Source: Candidatus Eiseniibacteriota bacterium | Lineage (GTDB): Bacteria > Eisenbacteria > RBG-16-71-46 | NCBI GenBank assembly: GCA_963725865.1 | Contig: CAVSAC010000014.1 | Location: 1,536,001-1,600,000 of the forward strand | Length of the DNA: 64,000 bases | Reading direction: 5' to 3' | In this document: piece after piece, positions 1 to 10,700 of the stretch | Layout: each line of letters begins with the position of its first letter | Numbering within the stretch: the stretch's first letter is position 1 | The notes under the pieces: generated by a model | The model's input: only the letters and a program-made list of their open reading frames with translations | Databases searched by the model: none | Told to the model about the DNA's origin: nothing | Translations under genes and position numbers: made by a program

Positions 1-3000
1 GCGGCACTCACGCCGGCGACCGTGAGCAGGCCGGTGCCTGCGTTCGAGACCTGCAGGGTCTCGGCCTGCGTCCCGCCCACGAACACCGCGCCGAACGCGA
101 GGCTCGAGTCCGACACCGCGAGGTGCGGTGCGCCCGTCACGTGCAGATGGGCAGGCACGCGCACCTCCGGACGCCGCGGGTCGTTGCTGCGCACCACCAC
201 CTGGGCCTCGTGGTCCCCGCCCAACAGTCGAGTGGCATCGAACGTCACGTCGACGGTCTGCGAGGCGTGCGGCGGCACGAGCAGCGAGCGCGGCACCACC
301 CCGAGCCAGAACGTGGACATCACCGCGCGGTCCATCACGCCCTGCAGGTCCGCGAGGTCGTCACCCGCGCCGAGCGCGGTGCCGACCGTGAGCGAGTCGA
401 ACCCGGGCAGGTCGCCGAGGTCGAAGTGCATGAGCGGGATCCCGTCGAATCGCGTCACCGGTCCGCTCGGGAACTGGACGGTGGTCGGCCGGCGACCGAC
501 GTCGTCCATGCCGTTCACGTCCATCGCGGCGGGGACGGTGCCCGCCGCGAGCCCCACGTACCGCACGTCCCAGCCGTACACCAGGTTCCTCGCGCGATCG
601 TAGTTCCAGGAGTCGTCGGGGAAGTCGCCGTCCACGTCCCAGTCCGCCCACTCCTTGAACACCAGGTCGGTCACCGGCGCACCGGTGAGGTTCTCGACCG
701 CGGTGCGGATCCCGACGCCCTTGTCGCGCTTGTCGAACGTGAACGTGCGCGTGATCCGCAGCTCGCCGTCGAGCGTGCGCACCACGCACTGCGCGACCAG
801 CAGCGTGGAGGTGTTCACGAGCTCGCGGTACGCGACCGCGCCCAGACCCGCGCGCGCCTGGTAGCCCGCGAACACGAGATGGTCGACGCCCCCGGTTCGA
901 TAGGCGACGGTGTAGCCGCTGAGCGGCGAGCTCACGAACAGGTGCTCGATCCCGGGCGGGTACTGGAACGGCATGATCTCGCCGTAGTCGCTGATGCCGA
1001 AGTTCAGGTAGGTCCCGGAGTAGGAGCCCGCCAGTACGGCGACTCCCGGCGCCGCGGCGCCGGCGTTCGCCGGCACAGCCAAGGGCGGCTGCGGTGCTCC
1101 GGCCGGGTCCGCGTCGATCGACGGTACGCCGCGCGCCGGGCCGATCCGGGCGGCGCCGGGCGCGGACGCCGGGGCCGGCACCGCCGACAGCGTGACCTCG
1201 AGGGCAGCGCCCCCCGGATTGGCGATCGTCAGCGTGCGCGTGGCCGACTCCCCGTAGGACAGCTGGGCGCTCAGCGAGTCGGGCGCGACCGTGAGCGCGG
1301 GTGCCAGCTTCCCCGTGCCGTGCAGCGCGACCACCACGACCGGCGAATCGGGATCGTCGCTGTGGAGCTCCAGCGTGCCCGACAGCCCCGCGACGCTCTG
1401 CGGCGCGAACGTGACGGGGATCGGGAGCGAGGCGCCGGGGGCGAGCCCGAAGCCCGTCGCAGTGGTCGAGAAGTCGGCGGGCGCGACCACCACCTGGCCG
1501 ACCGTCAGTCGGTCGGTGCCGCGGTTTCTCACCGTCACCGTCGCGGACTGCGAGGCCCCGACGAAGATCGTGCCGAACTCGAGGCTCGTCGCCGAGAGCG
1601 CGAGGTCCGGCGCGCCCGTCACGTGCATGTGGGTCGGAACGTGCGCGCTCGGCGTGACGGGATCGTTCGACCTCACGACCGCGTACGCGACGTAGTCGCC
1701 GCCCACCCGACCCGTGGCGTCGAACGTGATCTGGACGTCGGCCGAGCCGCCGGGCGGCACGACGCCGGTGGCGGGACTCCAGCTCAGGTAGCGGCCCACG
1801 CCGCTGGCCCAGAACGCCGCGTTGTGCACCAGCAGCGGGAGATCTCCGGACCAGAAGCCGGGAACCCCGAAGTAGGCGTTCACCGCCGCGACGTTGCGCC
1901 CCCGCGTGGCCACGAACGGGATGCCGTTCGCCCAGCTCGCGACGCGCACCGCTCCCGCGGCCACCGGGACCACGCCGAGGATCTCGCCGCCCGCGCCGGA
2001 GACGCCCTGCATGATGGGATGCGACGCGTCGAACTCGCCGAGCGTCGAGGCGCCGGCCGGACCGGTTCCGATGTCGAACGGGAAATAGCCGCCTGCGCGC
2101 AGCCGGCCGCCGAGCTCGTACCCGGCGATGAACGACGCCAGCGTGAACACCACGCCGCCGCCGCCGTCGATGTAGTCGGCGAGCGCGTCGCCGAGCGCCG
2201 CGCGGTCACCGAGCGCGCTGGCGACGGCGACGATCACGCAGTCGTACGCGCGCAGGTCGTCGTCGGTCGGGGTCGCGGCGCCACCGTCGAACGCGTCCAC
2301 GCGCGCGATGTCGGGGAACGCCGCGAGCAGACCCTGCAGCTCGGTCACGTCGCCGCCGGTGTACAGCAGCAGCACGCGCAGGCCGCCGGTCGCGACCGCG
2401 CCGCCGGTCGCGGACTCCGCGGGGACGAGCATCCCGCGCGGCGCGCGGGCGCCCGCCGACCAGGTGGCGGTGGCGTTGGCCGCGGCGCGCGCGGCGGACG
2501 TGCCCGGCGGCGCGAGCACGGTCGCGGGAGCGCTCGCCCCGGGCACGACGAGCGGCTCGCTCGCGAGCGCGAACGCCAGCTCGCTGGCGCCGCTGTTCGA
2601 CACGGTGAGGGTCCGGGTGGCCTGCTCGCCGCTCGGCAGGTCGGCCGACAGCGAGTCGGGCGCCACCTGCACGCGCGGTGGCGCGAGCGTCGTCCCGCTC
2701 GCGACGTTGGAGATCGGGGAGAGATTGCCGAGCTCGTCGCTCGTTCGCACCGCGAAGTAGTAGAGCGTCGAGAACCGGCCGAGGCCGCTGACGCGCACCT
2801 GCTCGAGCGCGCCGGCCGGCTGCGGCGCCGGCACCGCGAGGGCGCGCGCCGCGGAGTCGAAGCTCGCGACCGTGATCGGAGCGAGGGAATAGCGCACGTC
2901 GTAGCGCGCCGCGCGGCCCGCGGTGCCGTCGTCGCCGGGCGCGGTCCACTGCAGCTCGGCCCACGCGCCGTCCATCCGGCTCACGGCGAGATCGGCGATC

Positions 3001-4325
3001 GCCGCGGGCGGCAGGCTGTCCGGACCGCCGAGCGGCGCGAGCGCGTTCAGCCGGCCGCCCGTGCGCGTCAACCCCGCGAGCGCCGGGACCGGATCCACGC
3101 CGGCGAGCAGCAGCGTCTTGACGCCTTCGCCGTCGAGTCCGGGGTGGAGGCCCAGCACCAGCGCCGCCGCGCCCGCGACGTGCGGCGTCGCCATCGAGGT
3201 CCCGCTCTTGAGCTGGTACCCGCCGCCGGGAACGGTGCTGAGGATGTCGGTGCCGGGAGCCGCGAGGTCGACGGAGGTGGCACCGTAGTTCGAGAACGAC
3301 GCCAGGTGGTCGCGCGGGTCGCTCGCGGCCACCGAGATGATGTTCGGCAGGTCGTAGCCCGCCGGGTACACCGGATCGACGTCGTTGTCGGCGCCGTCGT
3401 TGCCCGCGGCCGCGACGAAGAGGATGCCGGCGTCGGCGGCGGCCGCGATCGCGTCGCGCAGCGCCTGGGAATAGGGAGCGCCGCCCCAGCTGTTGCTCAT
3501 CACGCGCGCTCCGATCCGCGTGGCGTACTCGATCGAGCTCACGGCGCCGGCCACCGAGCCGACGCCGTCGGCGGCCAGGAACTTGATGGGCATCAGCGTG
3601 ACGTTCCAGTTCACGCCCACCACCCCGATGGCGTTGTTCCCGATCGCGCCGATGGTGCCCGCGCAGTGGGTGCCGTGACCGTTGTCGTCCATCGGGTCGG
3701 CGTCGTCGTTCGCGAAGTCCCAGCCGTGCACGTCGTCGACGAGGCCGTCGCCGTCGTCATCCAGTCCGTTGCCCGGGATCTCCCCGGGATTCACCCACGC
3801 GTTCGCCGCGAGGTCCGGATGGGTGTAGTCCATCCCGGTGTCGATGATCGCGACCAGCACGCCGCGCGAGCCGGTGAACACGCTCCACGCCTGCGTGGCG
3901 TGGATGTCCGCGCCGGGCGTGCCGCCGTTCTGCCCGGTGTTCGCCAGTCCCCAGAGCTGGCCGAAGAACGCGTCGTCGGGCGTCGCGTAGGCGCGGACCA
4001 GGTAGTTCGGCTCGATCGAGCGGACGTTCGGGTCACGCCCGTAGCGGGCGACCGCCTGCTCGACCGTGAGCCCGCGGATCCGCTCGTGGGTGGCGCCGAT
4101 CCGCGCGAACGCGCCGATGCGGGTGGCGCCGAGCCCGCGCCGGATGCGATCCATCTCGGACGGGCTGGTGCCCGGGGCCCACTCGATGAGGACCTCGCCG
4201 GGCCGGTACGCGTGCGAGCCGGTCTGCGCCGCGGCGGGCCGCAGCGCCAGCACCACGAGCGCGAGTCCCGCGAGCAGCGCGAGGAAGCACGCATGCGGCT
4301 GCTTGCGAGCCGAGTGCCGGCACAT
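1..4325 (-). CDS. Large secreted S8 (subtilisin-like) serine protease, paralog 1; FN3 and Ig-like/choice-of-anchor-D repeats; 3' end runs off the window
   Basis: Missing from the ORF track because it has no stop in the window. Manual translation from ATG 4325 (GGGAG upstream): MCRHSARKQPHACFLALLAGLALVVLALRPAAAQTG... signal peptide; triad motifs IIDTGMDY, HGTHCAG, GTSMATPH; colinear with 4750..12285. Confidence 0.93.
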   Translation of the reverse strand, partial: MCRHSARKQPHACFLALLAGLALVVLALRPAAAQTGSHAYRPGEVLIEWAPGTSPSEMDRIRRGLGATRIGAFARIGATHERIRGLTVEQAVARYGRDPNVRSIEPNYLVRAYATPDDAFFGQLWGLANTGQNGGTPGADIHATQAWSVFTGSRGVLVAIIDTGMDYTHPDLAANAWVNPGEIPGNGLDDDGDGLVDDVHGWDFANDDADPMDDNGHGTHCAGTIGAIGNNAIGVVGVNWNVTLMPIKFLAADGVGSVAGAVSSIEYATRIGARVMSNSWGGAPYSQALRDAIAAAADAGILFVAAAGNDGADNDVDPVYPAGYDLPNIISVAASDPRDHLASFSNYGATSVDLAAPGTDILSTVPGGGYQLKSGTSMATPHVAGAAALVLGLHPGLDGEGVKTLLLAGVDPVPALAGLTRTGGRLNALAPLGGPDSLPPAAIADLAVSRMDGAWAELQWTAPGDDGTAGRAARYDVRYSLAPITVASFDSAARALAVPAPQPAGALEQVRVSGLGRFSTLYYFAVRTSDELGNLSPISNVASGTTLAPPRVQVAPDSLSADLPSGEQATRTLTVSNSGASELAFALASEPLVVPGASAPATVLAPPGTSAARAAANATATWSAGARAPRGMLVPAESATGGAVATGGLRVLLLYTGGDVTELQGLLAAFPDIARVDAFDGGAATPTDDDLRAYDCVIVAVASALGDRAALGDALADYIDGGGGVVFTLASFIAGYELGGRLRAGGYFPFDIGTGPAGASTLGEFDASHPIMQGVSGAGGEILGVVPVAAGAVRVASWANGIPFVATRGRNVAAVNAYFGVPGFWSGDLPLLVHNAAFWASGVGRYLSWSPATGVVPPGGSADVQITFDATGRVGGDYVAYAVVRSNDPVTPSAHVPTHMHVTGAPDLALSATSLEFGTIFVGASQSATVTVRNRGTDRLTVGQVVVAPADFSTTATGFGLAPGASLPIPVTFAPQSVAGLSGTLELHSDDPDSPVVVVALHGTGKLAPALTVAPDSLSAQLSYGESATRTLTIANPGGAALEVTLSAVPAPASAPGAARIGPARGVPSIDADPAGAPQPPLAVPANAGAAAPGVAVLAGSYSGTYLNFGISDYGEIMPFQYPPGIEHLFVSSPLSGYTVAYRTGGVDHLVFAGYQARAGLGAVAYRELVNTSTLLVAQCVVRTLDGELRITRTFTFDKRDKGVGIRTAVENLTGAPVTDLVFKEWADWDVDGDFPDDSWNYDRARNLVYGWDVRYVGLAAGTVPAAMDVNGMDDVGRRPTTVQFPSGPVTRFDGIPLMHFDLGDLPGFDSLTVGTALGAGDDLADLQGVMDRAVMSTFWLGVVPRSLLVPPHASQTVDVTFDATRLLGGDHEAQVVVRSNDPRRPEVRVPAHLHVTGAPHLAVSDSSLAFGAVFVGGTQAETLQVSNAGTGLLTVAGVSA

Positions 4326-4749
4326 GCGGTCTCCCGGGTCGACGGCGGCGGCCCGTCCCGCCGTGGCGAGCCGACTCCCCGGCGGGGATGCGGCGGTTGG
4401 GCGGCGAGAGGGTCGCGGTGGTCCGATCGAGCTGGCGGCCGGTGTGTCCCAGCGCGGGGAATGGTCGGCGGCAGCGGCTCATGCACCGACCTGCCACCGA
4501 GCGTAGCCGATCCCTCCTCGAATCGCGCATGAAACCCGCGGCGGGTGCAGTCCTGCGCGACTGTGGATCTCGATCCGGACCGGCGCGCGCCCGACGCTCC
4601 GATGGACGCATGCGGTCCCGTTCGGCCTGGGTGCGCCGAAACCGGCGCCCGGCCTCATGGCGGTGGCCCGAACGCACGGCAGCGATGGCCGGGGCGATCC
4701 GCTCGCCCCGGCCACCCTGCACGCGATCCCGACGAGTCGTCCGCCGCGC

Positions 4750-7700
4750 TCACTCGAGCACGACGCCCTTGACGATCAGGCTGCGCTCGCCGCACTGCAG
4801 CCGCACCAGGTACATCCCGGGCGGCAGCGTCGCGGTGGTCCCGAGCGAGATCGAGTGCCGGCCGGCGCCCAGCGTGCCGACCGCGCGCGCGCGCAGCCGC
4901 CGCCCCGCGAGATCGAGCAGCTCGAGCGTCGCGGGCTGGGCGTCGGCGAGGCTGAACGCGACCCGCAGATCGCGCACCGCCGGGTTGGGGAGCAGGCCGT
5001 GGAGTGCCAGCTCCACGCCCGCGGGGATGTCGAGCCAGGTCTCGCCGACGAAGCGCAGCGTGCCTTCCGCGGTGATCCCGAGCCGATAGCCGTAGCGCGC
5101 GGCCGGCAGGACGTCGTGGTCCTCGAAGCGCAGGTAGCCCTCGCCGTCGGGCACGATCGAGGCGACCGCGGCCCACTCGCCGCTGCCGCCGCGCCGCTGG
5201 ACCGCGACCGGGTGGCCATCGGACTGCGACGCGTGCCAGAGCAGATGGGCCACGCCGGGATCGGCCGACGACGACACCAGCGCGACGTCGGTCGCGGTCA
5301 CGATCTCGACGTCCAGTTCCACCGGCACCGTGACCAGGGGTTGGATTGGATCGTCGCTGTTCACGGCCAGGCTCCCGAGCTGGGTGCCGAGCGCGAGGCC
5401 ATGCGTGTCGAACCGGACGCTGACGCTGCTGTTGCCATGCGCCGGCACCACGCCGGACGCGGGCGTCACCGAGAGCCACGGCGGCGCCGGGGTCAGCGCG
5501 TTGATGAACGCCTTCATGATCTCGAACATCGACGCATCGCTGATGTACGCGCCGGCATTGCCCGCCATGAGCACGTAGTAGAGCCGCGCGAGCGGCGCGG
5601 TGGTGCTGACCTCGTCGAAGTCGTTGTTGGTGTCGTTGTAGAAGCTGCGCGAGGTGGAGCCGGGGTCGACCAGGATGATGAGGTGGTTGACCGAGGCGTC
5701 ACCCGCGTTGAAGACGCGCTTCACGTAGCCGAGATAGTTCAATCCGCCCATGCTGACGGAGAGCACCGCGCCATCCACCTCGCCGGCGCCGCTGGCGCCG
5801 AGCTTCCCGTAGATGGTGAACTTGTTGACTCCGACGAGGTCCGCCGCCAGCACGAACAGGCCGGGGTACTTCCGCGTGAAGTACGAGGCGCCGAACGCGC
5901 TCGAGTAGCTGATGGCGTTGTTCGAGTACGTGATCGGGCCGCCGAGGTTGGTCCGGATGAGGTTGCCGATGTCGTACATGTCCTGTCCGCCATCGACGAT
6001 CGAATTGCCGGTCTCGCCTTCGCTGAAGTCGAAGCGGTTGGGGATGATCGACGTCACCGACGGATAGCGGGTGTTGAGCTGCGCGAGCGCGTCCGCCAGC
6101 GGCGGGGGCGCCACGGAAGACGACTCGGCGCGCTGCGACGCGAATCGCGCGCCGGCCGCCGAGACCGGCGGGGCCCGGAGCGCCGCGCCCGCGCCGGCGG
6201 GCGCGCCGTCACCCGCTGCGCGGGCGAGCGTCGCCGGCACCGACTGGACGACCCGGCTCGCCTGCGCGGCCGGGGTCAGGGATTCACCCGCCGCGGCGTC
6301 GGGCGCGGGGGCGAGCACCTCGGTCAGCGGTTCCACGATGCCGCCCACGGCGCCCAGGGACGCGGTGATGTTCCACGTCAGCGGGCTGCCGCCGGTGTTG
6401 TTCAGCGTCAGCGCCTCGGTCGCGACCGCATCGGGGGGCATCAGTCGCTGGAAGATCTGCGGCGACAGGACCACGTGGGGCGCCAGGACGCACGTGCCGG
6501 CCAGCGCCACCACCAGCGTGCTCTGGTCCTGGTCGTTGCTGTGCAGCGTCAGCATTCCGCCCGACGTTCCCACGACCGTCGGAGCGTAGGTCACGGCCAG
6601 AGTCCGGCTGTCGCCGGCCGCCAGCGTGAACCCCGCAGAGGAGCCGTGGAAGACGCCGGGTGCGATGTCGACCGCGCTCACGTCGAGTAGGTCGGTGCCC
6701 ACGTTCGTGACCACGAGGCTGTCCGTGCGCGAGCCCCCGACGAACACGGTACCGAAGTCGAGGCGCTCCGCCGACACGCTGATGTTCGGGGCGCCGGTGA
6801 CGTGCAATCGCGCGGGCACCGCGAGCAGCGGCGTCAGCGGGTCGTTGCTGGCGAAGTCGATGCTGGCTAGGTAGTCGCCGCCGGGCAGGCCGGCCGCGTC
6901 GAACACCGCCTGCAGCGACTGCGACCCGGCGGCCGCCACGCTGCCGGCCGTCGGGGTCACCGACAGCCACGGGGGACTGGTCGCAGACACCAGCACGTCG
7001 TCGAAGAACCAGCCGGGGAAGCTGTTGGCGATCCCATCGATGGTGTCGAAGTAGAACCGGATGCGAATCGTCTGCCCGGTCCACGGCGAGAGGTCGAGCA
7101 TCGCGAGCCGCCAGCCTCCGCTGTTGCCGCTGGGCGCGAAGCCCAGCCCACCACGCAGCGACGTCCACGTCGTGCCGCTGTCGCTGGCACTGGAGACGTC
7201 GACCATGCAGTTGTCGTAGCCGGGCTCGGTCGAGAAGAACTCGAAGAACTGGAGGGTCACGGGAGCGATGGCGCGCGACAGGTCGATCGGCGGGGTGACC
7301 GCCGCGGTGCGGATCGGGTTGCCGGTCGCGTAGTCCCCGGTGCTCTCGCGGCCGCACCACCACGACGTGCTCGGACTGTTGTACGCGCGCGTGGTGCGAT
7401 GCCAGAGGTCGTCGATGCCGTACACCTGCTGCGTCCAGCCGTTGTCGCCGTGCTCCATGTCGTCGTAGAACACCGTCTGCGTGGTCCCGAGCGCGGCGAG
7501 TTCGTTCCGCAGCAGCCCCGCCAGGCCGCTCGGGCCGCTCGGCCGCGGGAGACCCGCGCCGTCCTGCCGCCCGGCGGAGGCGACGGACACCGCGTCGACA
7601 CCCGACGGTCGCGCGAGCCCGCGCGCCGCGAGCGCCGGAGCCGCCGGGAGCGAGGCGCTGCTGATGGTCAGCGACCACGTCAGCGGGCTGCCGCCGGGAT

Positions 7701-10700
7701 TCGCGACGACGAGCGGCTGCGTGAGCCGGTCGCCGGTGAACAGCTCGGCGGTCAGCGAGTCGGGCGTCACGACGATCGCCGGCGCGATCACGCCGGTCCC
7801 GTGGAGGGAGACGGTGAGGATGGATTCGTCGGGATCGTCGCTGTGGATCTCGAGCGTGCCCACGATCGTGGCGGCGCTCAGCGGTGAGAACGTGACGGCC
7901 AGCGTCCGAGCGGCCCCGGGCGCGAGCGTGAAGCCGCCGAGGGGCACGGTGAAGTCCCCCGGCGAGGCCGCCACGCTGGTGACCGTGAGCAGGTCGGTTC
8001 CCGAGTTCGAGACGAGCAGCGACTCGGCCCGCGACGCGCCGACGTACAGCGAGTCGAAGTCGAGGTCGGTGGACGAGACGGCGATGTCCGGCGCGCCGGT
8101 CACGTGCAGGTGGGCGGGCACCAGCAGCTCCGGCCGCACGGGATCGTTGCTGCGCAGCGCCACGCTCGCGTCGTAGTCCCCACCCACGAGTCGGCCCGCG
8201 TCGAAGGTGACGGTGACCGGCTGGGAGGAATGGGCCGGAACCACCAGCGATCGGGGATCCATGCTCAGCCAGGACGCGGACGTCGCCGTCCGGTCCATGA
8301 CGGCCTGGAGCTCCGCGAGGTCGTCGCCGATCCCGAACGCGGTGGCGACCTCGTGCGATGCGAGGGCGGAGAGGTCGCCGAGGTCGAAGTGCAGGAGCGC
8401 CAGACCGTCGAAGTTGGTCACCGGACCGGTCGTGTACTCCACGGTCGTCGAGCGGTTGGCGTAATCGTCCCACCCGTAGAAGTCCATCGCCGTCGGAGCG
8501 TCGAACGAGGCGATCCCCGCGTAGTGCACGTCCCACCCGTAGGTCATGTTCCGGGTGCGGTCGTAGTCCCAGGAGTCGTCGGCGTAGTCGTTGTCGACGT
8601 CCCAGTCGGCCCAGTCCTTGAAGACCACGTTCGTCAGCATCGTGCCGGTGAGGTTCTGCAACGTCGTCCGGATGGCCACGCCCTTGTCGTGCTTGTCGAA
8701 CGTGAACGTCCGCGTGACGCGCAGGAGGCTGTCGGTGGTCTGGGTGACGGCCTCCGCGACGAGCAGCGCCGCGGTGTTCGTGATCTCACGATAGGAGACC
8801 GGCGCCAGGCCCTGGCGGTCGTTGTAGCCCGACCAGACGACGTGATCGCCGCTGCCGGTCTGGTAGGCGACCGTATAGCCGGAGAGCGGCGAGCCCACGT
8901 TGAGGTGCTCGTTCCCGTTCGGATACTGGAACGGCATGATCTCGCCGAAATCCGTGATGCCAAAGTGCAGGTAGGTCCCGGTGTAGTCGCCCGCCATCGC
9001 GACCGGGCCCAGCGGCGCGGCGGTGGTGTTCGCGGTCGGGCCGGGCGAGGGCCTGCCGGATACGGGTGGATCGTCGAGGACGGCCGGCGTGCCGCTCGCC
9101 CACCCGGTCCGCGTGGATCCGGGCGCGGGCGCGGGCGGGGTCGAGGTCGACAGGCTGACTTCGAGCGGACTCCCTCCCGAGTTGGTGATCGTCAGCGTGC
9201 GCGTCGCCTTCTCACCCACGAACAGGCCCGCGCTCAACGACGTCGGGGACACGGCGATCTCCGGCGCGACCAGGCCCTCGCCGTGCAACGCAATCGTGAC
9301 TTCGGGCGAGTCGGGGTCGTTGCTGTGGACCACGAGTGCCCCCGTCAGCAGGGCGGCGCTCTGCGGTGCGAACGTGACGATCAGCGGACGCGACGCCCCG
9401 GGCGCCAGGTCGAAGCCGCCCGCCGGCGCCGTGAAGTCCGCCGGTGAGACCGCCACGCTGGTGACGGTGAGCAGGTCGGTGCCGCGATTGGTCACCGTCA
9501 CGGTCTCCGGCTTCGCGGCGCCGATGAACAGCGACCCGAAGTCGAGGCTCGAGGCCGACAGCAGGATGTCCGGCGCGCCGGTCACGTGAAGGTGGGAGGG
9601 GACGAGCGCCTTCGGCGTGACGGGGTCGTTGCTCATCACCGCGACGTACGCGTCGTAGTTCCCGCCCACGAGGCCGGTCGCGTCGTAGGTGACCTGGACG
9701 TCCGCCGAGCCACCGGGGGGCACCACGCCGGCGGCGGGACTCCAGCTCAGATAGCGGCCCGTGCCGCGCACCCAGAAGGCGGCGTTGTGCAGGATCAAGG
9801 GCACGTCCCCGGTCCAGTAGCCGGGGCTGCCGAGGTAGATGTTCACGCCCGCGACGTGCGGCCCGCGGGTGGCCACGAACGGGAATCCGTTCGCCCAGCT
9901 CGCGACCAGCTCGGATCCCGGGGGCACCGTGACCAATCCGAGCACGTCACCGGTGCAGCTGCCGACGCCCTGCATGATGGGATGCGCGGTGTCGAATGCG
10001 CCGAGCACCGAAGAGCCGGCCGGCCCGGAGCCGAGGTCGAACGGGTAGTAGCCGCCCGTGAGCAGACGGCCCTGCAGCGCGTAGTCGGTGATGAAGGATG
10101 CCAGCGTGAACACCACGCCGCCGCCGTCGTCGATGTAGTCGGCGAGCACGTTGCCGAGTGCCACGCGATCGCCGACCGAACTGCTCACGATGACGATGAC
10201 GCTGGCGTAGGCGCGCAGCTGCTCGAGCGTCGGAGTGGTGATCCCGCCGTCGACGACGTCCACGCTGTCGATGTCGGGGAAGGCCGAGAGCAGGCCCTGG
10301 ATCTCACCCACCGCGCCTCCGCACTGCAGCAGCAGGACGCGGAGGCCACCGGCCGTCGTCGCGCCCGTCGGCGATGTCCCGGCGGGCAGGATCAATCCGC
10401 GCGAGGGGGCCGCTCCGGCGGCGTACGAGCCGGCGGGACCCGCCGCGGTCGCGGCGGCCAGCGGCGCCGGCGACGCCGCGACCGTGGCGAGCACGGCCAC
10501 CGGCGGCACCGGGAACGATTCGCTCCCGAGATGAAAGCTCAGCTCGCTCACTCCGGTGTTCGAGACCATGAGGGTCCGCGTGGCCTGCTCACCCGTCAGC
10601 AGGTCTGCGGACAGCGAAGCGGGCGCGACCTGCACCTGCGGAGGACCGAGCGTCGTCCCGCTCGCGACATTGGACATCCCCGAGGGATTGCCCAGTTCGT

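Noticed and set aside
123..4532. 1469-aa + strand ORF (also 9586..12477 and 4657..6690)
   Set aside because: Antisense shadows of the S8 protease genes caused by high GC3; Arg/Gly-rich with no domains
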